Made by a program: the position numbers and the translations under genes
Part shown: piece by piece, positions 1 through 8,769 of the stretch
How the letters are laid out: every line of letters begins with the position of its first letter
How positions within the stretch are numbered: position 1 is the stretch's first letter
Notes under the pieces: generated by a model
What the model was told of the DNA's origin: nothing
What the model saw: the letters and a program-made list of their open reading frames with translations, nothing else
Database searches by the model: none
Source: Chitinivibrionales bacterium
GTDB taxonomy: Bacteria > Fibrobacterota > Chitinivibrionia > Chitinivibrionales > WJKA01
Direction: 5' to 3'
NCBI GenBank assembly: GCA_038247415.1
Contig: JBBRUX010000004.1
Coordinates: forward strand, 61,657 to 125,656
DNA length: 64,000 bases

Positions 1-700
1 CATCGATGATTGGCTCACTACCCACTTCTGCCTTAATAGCCACGACCTCTTGACGTGGCAGGGGCGCGACATCAAAAAAAGCTTCATCGTTTGCTGTTTC
101 TGAATTAGATGCTTCGAGATCAAACTCATCAACCTCTAAAGAAACGGATTCTTCTGGCTCGCTAGTCCCTGGCTCTGCTTGCGAGAGATTATCCAATGAG
201 TCATTCTCTTTGTGCAAAATTTCTTCTTGTAAACAAGCTTTCTGTAAGACAGGTGGAATACTGCTCGTAGATAGCACGACAGTATTTTTAGAAGTCTTTA
301 CTGCGATTTCGGGTTGTTGTACAGAAAGAGAAGCAGGCGCGTCGTGCTCGAGCCGGGTATGGTCACAAACCAGTAAACAGTACGCGATTGCTTTTTCGAA
401 ATAGCGAATCTGATAAGGAGTTAGATTGTCGGCTAGTAAGCCAAGCTCAATCTGCATGCGCTCGCATAGTTTTGCAAGCTCGATAGCCGGCCCGTTTGAT
501 GCCATGGTAGAAGCATTGCATGTAGCAATAAGCCCAAGCGCTTGACCATCCAGAGAAATAAGATTCTGGAGAAGTTCGCTTATGCGGTTTTTCTTACGTT
601 TGTCGGTATAAGAATACCCAAAAAAGAAAGCAACCCATAAAAGAGTTACCAATCCACCGCCAGCAAACACGCCCGTAACAAGAAATAATAATGGATTCAT
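1..700 (-). CDS. Partial hypothetical membrane-anchored protein with acidic low-complexity region (runs off window start)
   Basis: Translated by hand from ATG at 700: MNPLLFLVTGVFAGGGLVTLLWVAFFFGYSYTDKRKK..., with no stop down to position 1; absent from the ORF track because it has no stop in the window. Confidence 0.75.
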   Translation of the reverse strand, partial: MNPLLFLVTGVFAGGGLVTLLWVAFFFGYSYTDKRKKNRISELLQNLISLDGQALGLIATCNASTMASNGPAIELAKLCERMQIELGLLADNLTPYQIRYFEKAIAYCLLVCDHTRLEHDAPASLSVQQPEIAVKTSKNTVVLSTSSIPPVLQKACLQEEILHKENDSLDNLSQAEPGTSEPEESVSLEVDEFDLEASNSETANDEAFFDVAPLPRQEVVAIKAEVGSEPIID

Positions 701-754
701 AAAAAATTCCTTACGCTTAAATTGATTTACATAAACGATGCAACCGCATGATGT

Positions 755-2365
755 TTATTTTTTCTGCAAAGCAGCAGAATATAGTTTACTATATGACTCT
801 GCAGCATTTTCCCATGAATTCTGATATTCGGAATTAAGTGCCCCTTTAACCATACTCATATAATCGTTATTATGTGCGCGTACCTGGGCGCATGTCATCA
901 GTGCACTTTGTGTGGCCTGCACAATCGAACTAAACAAGGGGCTTTGCATTCGCGCAGAGGGAGCAAGCGAAAGCATTTCTCGCCAGGCACCACCGCTTGC
1001 TTCGAGAGGAAACTCCTCCCGGTACACTATGCCATTTGCAGCGTCTACGCTCTTACCATTATGAGTTGCAGTTTCGGACCCTATCGCAATTATCTGATCT
1101 CGTAACCCTCCAGCCGCGCGCGCGCACACCGGAGTTCCCGCGTTAAATGCTTCGGAAACTGATCCGTAAGGTTCGAAAAACGAAGGCATGAGCATAAAAT
1201 GAGAGCCGCTTAAAATGGTCATGTATTCTCGTCGGGTTATTCGAAATGGCCAGATAACACAATCCCCAGAAAGCTCTTTGGTGCATTCTATAAAAAAGGC
1301 GCAGCGCTTATCGATACTCGGATCAAATCCTGAAGAGGGACAGAAAAAGAGCTGGACTGTTCCCCGTGGAATTGCTTTGAGAGCATGAAAAATTGTATCA
1401 AAACCTTTTTGCATAAGATCAAAACGTCCTGCCATAAAGAGCAGGGGCGCATGCAGTGTGTGTTCCGATAGCGAGCCGATACTGCGAGGATCTTTTTTAT
1501 CTGCAATAAGTTTACGCGCTGTAATGAGTGCCGACTCCTTCGCAACAGTCAATAGATCCCTATCAGCTACGAGTTCCTTGAAAATCGAATGCTTACCCGA
1601 AGAAAACGAACCATGCGGTATACCTACTATATCCCGATTCTGCAAAGCCTTTTGCAAATGGGGAATAAACACCGTTTGCTGGAGCGGATCGTGAAGTAAT
1701 TCGTGAGCAAACGTTTTGCTTACCGTAGAGAGTGGCCCTGTAAAAAAGGGGAGCGATGCAGCTAGAACGGTATCTTGCGTGGGTGGCGTATCGAAATAAA
1801 AGGTTCGTTCTGCCAAAGGCAATCCACTATCAAAGGAATTATGCAACGTTAATACGCTTCCACATCTATGAAGCCTGCCTCGCTGGGCAGCTTGTTGAGC
1901 AAAAATTGCGGCAGGAGCCGTTTCCCAATCATGGCAATGAAAAACTACCGGGTCTTGCTCCTGCATATCGACAAGACACTGCACTGCAGCTGCAGAAAAT
2001 ACTAACGCATCACGCAAAAGCAATGCTGGGTTACGATACGCATAAGGATTTTCCTTTGCCGTAAAGCAGCCATCACAGGCTACGTAAATCCATGGAAATG
2101 GAGACTCTTTATCGATAAAACTTGTATATCTCCCACAAAACGATCCACTCTTAAAAGTACGCCCAACCGTTTGAACCGAAAATCTTCCACCCCTGTGTGC
2201 GCTTACCAGGGCGCTATGCGCGTGGTGAAAAGGAGTGAGTGCAATCACCCGCTCTCCAAATGCGACCATTGCTCCTGGAAGAAATTGCGTTACAGTCCCA
2301 AGCCCACCTGCTGAGACTATAGGATTTTCAAAATAGAGATGCGCTACAATGCGTGAATGTGCCAC
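755..2365 (-). CDS. glgA: Glycogen/starch synthase-like glycosyltransferase (GT5), divergent
   Basis: SAGGLG (KxGGL-like), HCHDWET, LTLHN, STVSKTFA, GRFDLMQKG and MPSFFEPYG motifs. Confidence 0.75.
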   Translation of the reverse strand: MAHSRIVAHLYFENPIVSAGGLGTVTQFLPGAMVAFGERVIALTPFHHAHSALVSAHRGGRFSVQTVGRTFKSGSFCGRYTSFIDKESPFPWIYVACDGCFTAKENPYAYRNPALLLRDALVFSAAAVQCLVDMQEQDPVVFHCHDWETAPAAIFAQQAAQRGRLHRCGSVLTLHNSFDSGLPLAERTFYFDTPPTQDTVLAASLPFFTGPLSTVSKTFAHELLHDPLQQTVFIPHLQKALQNRDIVGIPHGSFSSGKHSIFKELVADRDLLTVAKESALITARKLIADKKDPRSIGSLSEHTLHAPLLFMAGRFDLMQKGFDTIFHALKAIPRGTVQLFFCPSSGFDPSIDKRCAFFIECTKELSGDCVIWPFRITRREYMTILSGSHFMLMPSFFEPYGSVSEAFNAGTPVCARAAGGLRDQIIAIGSETATHNGKSVDAANGIVYREEFPLEASGGAWREMLSLAPSARMQSPLFSSIVQATQSALMTCAQVRAHNNDYMSMVKGALNSEYQNSWENAAESYSKLYSAALQKK

Positions 2366-2475
2366 AGAAGTACTATCCAGTTGTATTTGGTATAACTACA
2401 AAAACGAAACAATAATTAATATAGCTAAAATTTAGGCAGAAAGGCCCGGTATCTTGCATTGTTCACAGAGCCGGA

Positions 2476-4020
2476 TCATTCGGCGAGTAAATTAATGATT
2501 GCTTTTGGCAAAAAGGAAATGATATCCGATGCGACAAGCGAATACTCGGATACTGCCTGTGCAGCTAAATCTCCGGCAGCCCCATGCAAATACACGCCAA
2601 GAACTGCTGCATCAGACGGCGTTGCACCTTGAGAGATGAGAGATACAATTATGCCTGATAACACATCGCCGCTACCTGCGGTCGCCATACCCGAATTTCC
2701 TACAGGAAGAATAAACCCTCTGCCAGACGGTTGTGCAACTATGGTTGGGGAACCTTTGAGAACAATGGTAATCGCCCGACAAGCCGCGTGCATGCGAACC
2801 CGCGAAATGAGGCTTAGAGGATCTATCGGGAGTGTGCCAAAAAGACGCTCCCATTCTCCCTTATGCGGTGTAATTACAATGTCGGCATTCTGCTTACGCA
2901 CTAATTCTGGTTTGCCAATAAACGCGTTGAGGCCATCGGCATCAAGCACCAAAGGGGCCGAAACATTTCGTACTATTTCCCGAATCACAAAAGAGGCCTC
3001 TTCGCTGTGTGTTAAGCCAGGTCCCACGCAAAGCGCCTTTTTTTTATGAAGTACATCAATAATTTCGATTTCTGACCGAAGCCCAAGCGCCCCCAAACGA
3101 GATTCCGAAAGACCCAAAGCTATAACTTCGGGCATAAGTTTTGGATTGGCAACTCGAAGAGCACTATGAGGCATACCAAGCGTAACAACCCCACACCCAC
3201 TTCGCAGCGCTGCACTACTGCAGAGAACCGCGCATCCTGTGTAGCGCCGGCTACCACATATCATCAGAACATTTCCATGATCAAATTTCGACCCATCTGG
3301 TTTACGAAGAGGCATGAGAGACTTTACATACTCATGCGTTGGGAAGTACATTCCTCCTTGAATGCGCGAAACGACTTCTGAGGGATATCCAAGGTCGGCA
3401 ATCGACAAGTTTCCACAATGAGAACGCGCTGGATAAAAAAACATCCCAATTTTAGGAAGGCCCAAAGTAACGGTACAAGAAGCTCGAATGGCAGATCCAA
3501 GAACAGTACCCGTATCCCCAGTAACACCTGTGGGCACATCTATTGCCACCACCGGAACATGGGCAGCATTAACCGCCGATATAATCTCTGCAAGGAGCCC
3601 CTCTGCAGTACCGCGAGATCCAGTACCCAAAATGGCATCAACAATACAAGAATAATCCGATAAACCGCAAAGGTCTTCGATAGACGAAATATGCCTGCAT
3701 TCTCCTGAACACGCTATAAATTCGTCATATGCTCGCAGAGACAAAGGAGTATGCTCAGCACGAGGCGCTATGGCAAAACAAACTACACGTTGGCCTTGCA
3801 GAGTAAGATATCGCGCTGCAACATAACCATCACCACCATTGTTGCCCTTACCGCAGATAAGAGCAACCGGGCCGCACACGACATCGCAGAGTAGTTCGAT
3901 AACTTTATCAGCAACGGCTTTTCCTGCGCGATCCATAAAAACATAGCCCGACATAGAGTCAGCGCCAATCGAACCCTCGTCTATCTGACGCATTTCGCCG
4001 ATAGATACAATTGGTATCAT
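2476..4020 (-). CDS. nnr: Bifunctional NAD(P)H-hydrate epimerase/dehydratase (YjeF/Nnr)
   Basis: CGKGNNGGDG, VDAILGTG, AIDVPTG, VLDADG, ITPHKGE and ATAGSGDVLSG motifs. Confidence 0.95.
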   Translation of the reverse strand: MIPIVSIGEMRQIDEGSIGADSMSGYVFMDRAGKAVADKVIELLCDVVCGPVALICGKGNNGGDGYVAARYLTLQGQRVVCFAIAPRAEHTPLSLRAYDEFIACSGECRHISSIEDLCGLSDYSCIVDAILGTGSRGTAEGLLAEIISAVNAAHVPVVAIDVPTGVTGDTGTVLGSAIRASCTVTLGLPKIGMFFYPARSHCGNLSIADLGYPSEVVSRIQGGMYFPTHEYVKSLMPLRKPDGSKFDHGNVLMICGSRRYTGCAVLCSSAALRSGCGVVTLGMPHSALRVANPKLMPEVIALGLSESRLGALGLRSEIEIIDVLHKKKALCVGPGLTHSEEASFVIREIVRNVSAPLVLDADGLNAFIGKPELVRKQNADIVITPHKGEWERLFGTLPIDPLSLISRVRMHAACRAITIVLKGSPTIVAQPSGRGFILPVGNSGMATAGSGDVLSGIIVSLISQGATPSDAAVLGVYLHGAAGDLAAQAVSEYSLVASDIISFLPKAIINLLAE

Positions 4021-4149
4021 AGAGCCCCGTTTGTGAATACTATCACTAAATTTCTACTCTATACCTAATGTACTCTATTGAAGTATCAAGGTGGCTATTT
4101 TTTTTTGAACCTCACAAGAGTATTGCTTTTTAAGAGAAACGAGGCACTG

Positions 4150-6015
4150 CTATTTCTTTTTCTCCATTGTCATGGATGGATTATACAAATTAACCTGATT
4201 GCGACCATGTTCTTTACTATAATAGAGAGCGGTATCGGCCATATTTACAAGAAATTGCTTATCATCGATATGAGGGGGGCATGTAGCACACCCAAGACTT
4301 ACTGTTACCGTAAGTACTGTATCACCATGCATAATGCGCCGTTCTTCAACCGTTTTTCGAATTCGCTCTGCAGTTGCCATAGCGCCTTCCACAGAACTTT
4401 CTGCTAAAATCACCACAAATTCCTCGCCACCATAGCGTGCCGGCAAATCGCTTGACCGAATAGCAGAGCGAATACACACGGCGATCTCTCGCAAAACAAG
4501 ATCTCCTATTGTATGACCATAGGTATCATTAAATTTCTTGAAATGATCGATATCCATAAGCAACAATGAAAAATGGCGTGAATACCGACGCGCGCGATCC
4601 ATTTCATTTGTCAACTGGTCCTGAAAGTAGCGATGATTGGGTAGTCCCGTTAAACCATCGGTTGTTGCAAGTTTCTCCATTTTCTGATACAACAGCGCGC
4701 GCGCGATAGCAACAGACGCATTGCCCATAAGCGTTGAAAGTAATGTTTCGATTTCTCCGCTAAACATCTCTTGCCGATCCCCCTCAATAGAAAGGAGACC
4801 AAGACACCGCATGTCATTATCCAGAATAGGTATAATAATAAGCGAAACCAGTGTCGTATCTTCTGCTTCACCGGAATCAAATCGGTAATATTGCTGAGTC
4901 CCTGCTCCATAGTTTCCAATGTTAACAATTTTTTTCTTCTGATAGGAAAATCCATAGAGACCACCGCCAAGCGTAAATTCGGCTCCCTGTTCAACGTCGG
5001 TTTTAGTCCCGCTAACTCTCACAATACGACCCATATTTGTTTGCGGATTAAGTGATATGGTCATAATGCGGTTATGCGAAACGAGCGATCCTATTGTCGC
5101 AAAGAGAATATTAAACACATCGTCGGTGGTAAGCGCTGTGGTGAGCTGTTGGGAGTTTTCGTAAAACACCTTAAATTGCCGTGCAGTCCGTTGCTGATAT
5201 ATTCTCATGCGCGCATTAATTATAAGCGCTGCAGCAAGACCTGAGAATCGCCGCATTATATCTTTATGGGTATCAGTAAAGGCGCGTTTATTGTTGGAAT
5301 CTATAACCAGAGCCCCGAGAAGTTCCTTTTCATCTGATACGACTGGTACAGCCAAAACCGAATATACTACTTCACCTTCGCGATAATACATGACTTTTTC
5401 GCCATACATCTGGATATCACCCGAAAGAAAAGAACGCCGTTCCGTGGCAATACGCCCAACAATACCGTCTCCACCAGCAATTTCGATCCCCTCAATTACT
5501 TTGGTACTTTTAGTATGAACTGCATTAAGGATAAATGAATTAGTGGTAGGATTATAGATAAACCCGAGTGCCGAATAAGCATCAAAATTTTTGCGCATGA
5601 AAAAAACAATTGACGCGAGCAATTCTTCTACACCCTGCGGACGACTGTTTAATTCATCGAGCAGCAATTGTACTGTTTGACCAGATACAGCTGCATGTTG
5701 AACCACGGAAACTTCTGTTTCGGGATTTTGTGCCTTGTTCTGCTTAGGTTGACTTGAGGCATTTTGAGTTGAAATATAAGCAACCTTAGAAACGGGCTTT
5801 TTTTCGAAAAAGCCTATCATATTCCGCATCAATGCGACTAAAAAAAAGAGCGCACAGGCTCCCGAAGCAATTAAAAGCCAAGGGTATTCCGAAGGTGAGT
5901 ATTCTGGCGGAATGGGAAGTTTCCCTATAAAATGAAGAAGGACTGCACATCCAATAAGGACAAGTACCGTAATTTCTATTGCAACAAACGGATTTGTATT
6001 CTTTTTTTTCTGCAC
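4150..6015 (-). CDS. Membrane-anchored GAF-GAF-GGDEF diguanylate cyclase
   Basis: Two N-terminal TM helices, two GAF-like domains, TDGLTGLPN, DIDHFKKFNDTYGH, RxxD I-site and GGEEF. Confidence 0.92.
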   Translation of the reverse strand: MQKKKNTNPFVAIEITVLVLIGCAVLLHFIGKLPIPPEYSPSEYPWLLIASGACALFFLVALMRNMIGFFEKKPVSKVAYISTQNASSQPKQNKAQNPETEVSVVQHAAVSGQTVQLLLDELNSRPQGVEELLASIVFFMRKNFDAYSALGFIYNPTTNSFILNAVHTKSTKVIEGIEIAGGDGIVGRIATERRSFLSGDIQMYGEKVMYYREGEVVYSVLAVPVVSDEKELLGALVIDSNNKRAFTDTHKDIMRRFSGLAAALIINARMRIYQQRTARQFKVFYENSQQLTTALTTDDVFNILFATIGSLVSHNRIMTISLNPQTNMGRIVRVSGTKTDVEQGAEFTLGGGLYGFSYQKKKIVNIGNYGAGTQQYYRFDSGEAEDTTLVSLIIIPILDNDMRCLGLLSIEGDRQEMFSGEIETLLSTLMGNASVAIARALLYQKMEKLATTDGLTGLPNHRYFQDQLTNEMDRARRYSRHFSLLLMDIDHFKKFNDTYGHTIGDLVLREIAVCIRSAIRSSDLPARYGGEEFVVILAESSVEGAMATAERIRKTVEERRIMHGDTVLTVTVSLGCATCPPHIDDKQFLVNMADTALYYSKEHGRNQVNLYNPSMTMEKKK

Positions 6016-6165
6016 TCTCTTTACCTTTTCTCCAAATATTAAAACGCCGCGTTCTGCGCTTAAAAAAACTACTAAAAACCTTTAGCATAACTATTTTATC
6101 TGTACATGCTGCATACCGATTGCAACCTACTATTTTCATAGACTCTACAATTTTACCACAAGCGT

Positions 6166-7287
6166 ATGAAAAAGACAAAAAAAACAATCTCATTGCGATA
6201 CCGACTCTTTGGCATGCTTCCCCCCAAAGCCAAACAAGCCATCCTTCGCAGCATGGCTCTTCGGTCGCTATCGCCTGAGCCCATTTCCTTTCCGTATTCT
6301 TGGAATAGAGGCCGATCAGTTCTCATACTCATGCCGCCAGATCTACTCCCGACGTTGCACAGTATTCCAATCATAACAAGCATTGCTAAAACAAGCGATG
6401 CTACTACTATAGATATCATGTGTTGCGAAGCGGCCAAACCTTTTTTGAGCCCTCTGGGAAATGTTCGCACCATATACGATTACGATCCCGCTGACTTTGC
6501 ACTTGGATCCTTGAGCTATACAGCACTCCGTCGAAGCATTAAAGAAACATTTTATGATGTGTGCTTGATTCTTTCACAAGATGCAAACAATGAACATCCG
6601 CTCATCTGCGCTCAAAGCGGGGCAGCATTGCGGGTTGGTTTCTACGGATCCAGCGCATATCCTTTTGTCAATTTTTCGGCAAAAGCACTCACAGCGCATG
6701 CCACGCCCACGCTTAAAAACACCTTTCTGCTCTCGATACTTGGCATAAAACTCCATCATGAAACTCGCTTTATTGTTGATAAAAAATCACACGATGATAT
6801 TGATCATGCCTGCATAGAGGCAGGAATTAATAAAAAAGAGCCGCTCTTAGGTATCGATTTCAATTATCTGGAAACGATTATAGGACATGATTCTGCAGTC
6901 AAGCTCGCAACATACCTTGCCTTGGGATGGAGCGGAACTACCTACCTCTATCTGAACGATTCTGCTGATCACGAAAGGCATGCCACAACGCTTGGCGGGC
7001 ACTCATTTAGTGTATTTGCATCATTGCCGGTTTCTCGGATGGCTTCCCTTATCGATAGAAGTGCTCTCATTGTTTCCGGAGCTACCCCGTTTTTTATTAC
7101 TGCGAATCTCCTTGGGAAAAAGGCAATCGGCCTCTTTATCGACGCCTCAAATTCAAGCCACGAGGCTGACACACCCACGCAAGTATCCATTTTCCTCGAT
7201 CAGGTCGGCGTTAGCAATCTGCCAGATGCAATCAGAAAAGCACTCAAGCAGATCGGGCTCTCGCCACTTCGTGAATCTGATAGTTGA
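6166..7287 (+). CDS. GT9/heptosyltransferase-like protein, divergent
   Basis: Overall WaaF/RfaQ-like layout (YDVCLIL, SGAALRVGF, ASLIDRSALIVSG...LGKKAIGLF); canonical motifs poorly conserved. Confidence 0.6.
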   Translation: MKKTKKTISLRYRLFGMLPPKAKQAILRSMALRSLSPEPISFPYSWNRGRSVLILMPPDLLPTLHSIPIITSIAKTSDATTIDIMCCEAAKPFLSPLGNVRTIYDYDPADFALGSLSYTALRRSIKETFYDVCLILSQDANNEHPLICAQSGAALRVGFYGSSAYPFVNFSAKALTAHATPTLKNTFLLSILGIKLHHETRFIVDKKSHDDIDHACIEAGINKKEPLLGIDFNYLETIIGHDSAVKLATYLALGWSGTTYLYLNDSADHERHATTLGGHSFSVFASLPVSRMASLIDRSALIVSGATPFFITANLLGKKAIGLFIDASNSSHEADTPTQVSIFLDQVGVSNLPDAIRKALKQIGLSPLRESDS

Positions 7288-7313
7288 CCATATGTCCTTA
7301 ATAATTATATAAT
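7284..7313 (+). promoter_or_regulatory. Putative sigma-70 promoter for the L,D-transpeptidase / coiled-coil / rel operon
   Basis: TTGACC-N18-TATAAT. Confidence 0.5.
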
Positions 7314-7491
7314 TTAAGACAGTATAAAGCATTGGTCTGTTATGAACGCATAACGCATTTTATACACAGTGCGTTATGTGGGTGGTTTGTTATTCCATAT
7401 AGGGAAATTGCATCATTCAAACACCATCCTGATACACCGCAATATTGATTTTGCCAAAAAGGATATTTTTGTGAGGAGCAGGTTTTTTCGC

Positions 7492-8769
7492 ATGTTCGAT
7501 ATACCAAATCATTTTTTTATGTCATACTTGAAATCTTTCGAATTTCAATTGAGGACTTGGAACAATCAACGTGCCATCCGCGCCGCGTACACTAAACATG
7601 GTATTGGCAAACTTCTGCTGAGATTTCCAAAAAAGATACTCTTCATTATTGGCGTATGTTGCCTTGGAGCCCTGCTTATTGCCAGCGCCCCATTCCTTTT
7701 CAAAACAAGCTCAGCGCTCATTCATTTAGTATTCAAATCAATGCATCAACAAATGCCTGCGCAAGGATTTTCGCTGAAAGCATTAGGTATAGGATCCCAA
7801 GCGTTTCATCGAGTGGAACCCACCATTGAAACAACGCCTCTTGATAATCAAGCAGCAATGATCCCGCAAAAAATGCTACAACCAGCAGCCGACCAATTAC
7901 AAGCCGGTACTGGAGAGCTTGACATTTGCCTCTATGCCAATAAAGCAACAAAAACACTTACAGTTTTTAAAGCAATCAATTCCAAATGGACTATTGCCCA
8001 AACTTTTTTTATTGGTACCGGGGCTAATGGTGGCCGGAAAATGAGTGCCGGTGATAAAAAAACGCCTCTAGGCCTTTACTATATTGTCGAGCGTAAAGAT
8101 CAACAATCTCTGGCTAAAATCTATGGCCCACTTGCCTATGTTCTCAGCTATCCTAATGCAGATGATCGCGCAAACAAGAGAACCGGTGAAGGAATCTGGA
8201 TTCATGGAACAACGGATGATACCGTTCCATTCCAAACAAAAGGCTGCATAGAACTACGCAATAGCAATTTAAAAAAACTTGCTGCCATTGTGGGAAATGG
8301 CAAAGGAATTCCTATTGTCATTGTAGACACCACCGATACGAGTACCTATCTACTCCCGCCGTATACAACACTTTTAGCAGGCCACAATGCGATACTTGCT
8401 ACCAAAGCTGCTTCGGGTACCGAATTTGATTCACTCATAACGCAATGGGCTCAAAGCTGGATGTCAAGGGATATTACCGAGTATGAGAGGTGGTATAACC
8501 ACGATTCATTTAATGGTGGAGGCCTGTCGTGGGCCCAATGGCGAGCAAAAAAAGAATCTACCTTTGCAGCGGCAAAATCGATAACAGTCTCGTGTTCTAA
8601 AGTAGTCATTTCTCCCGTATCCGACTCACTCGTTTCGGTACGTTTTATTCAGCATTATACGTCTACCACGCTGCAAAGCGATAATGGAAAACAGCTTTAT
8701 TTTACCCGTACACCGCAAGGTTGGAAAATTTACCGCGAATCGGTATTTCCCAAAGAGGAGTTGCTATGA
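7492..8769 (+). CDS. L,D-transpeptidase/carboxypeptidase (YkuD, Csd6-like) with N-terminal TM and C-terminal NTF2-like domain; start uncertain (7369/7492/7519)
   Basis: GDKKTPLGLY, LSYPN, IWIHGT...TKGCI catalytic His/Cys; C-terminal WAQSW...VRFIQHY...K.LYF...GWKIYRE. Confidence 0.85.
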   Translation: MFDIPNHFFMSYLKSFEFQLRTWNNQRAIRAAYTKHGIGKLLLRFPKKILFIIGVCCLGALLIASAPFLFKTSSALIHLVFKSMHQQMPAQGFSLKALGIGSQAFHRVEPTIETTPLDNQAAMIPQKMLQPAADQLQAGTGELDICLYANKATKTLTVFKAINSKWTIAQTFFIGTGANGGRKMSAGDKKTPLGLYYIVERKDQQSLAKIYGPLAYVLSYPNADDRANKRTGEGIWIHGTTDDTVPFQTKGCIELRNSNLKKLAAIVGNGKGIPIVIVDTTDTSTYLLPPYTTLLAGHNAILATKAASGTEFDSLITQWAQSWMSRDITEYERWYNHDSFNGGGLSWAQWRAKKESTFAAAKSITVSCSKVVISPVSDSLVSVRFIQHYTSTTLQSDNGKQLYFTRTPQGWKIYRESVFPKEELL

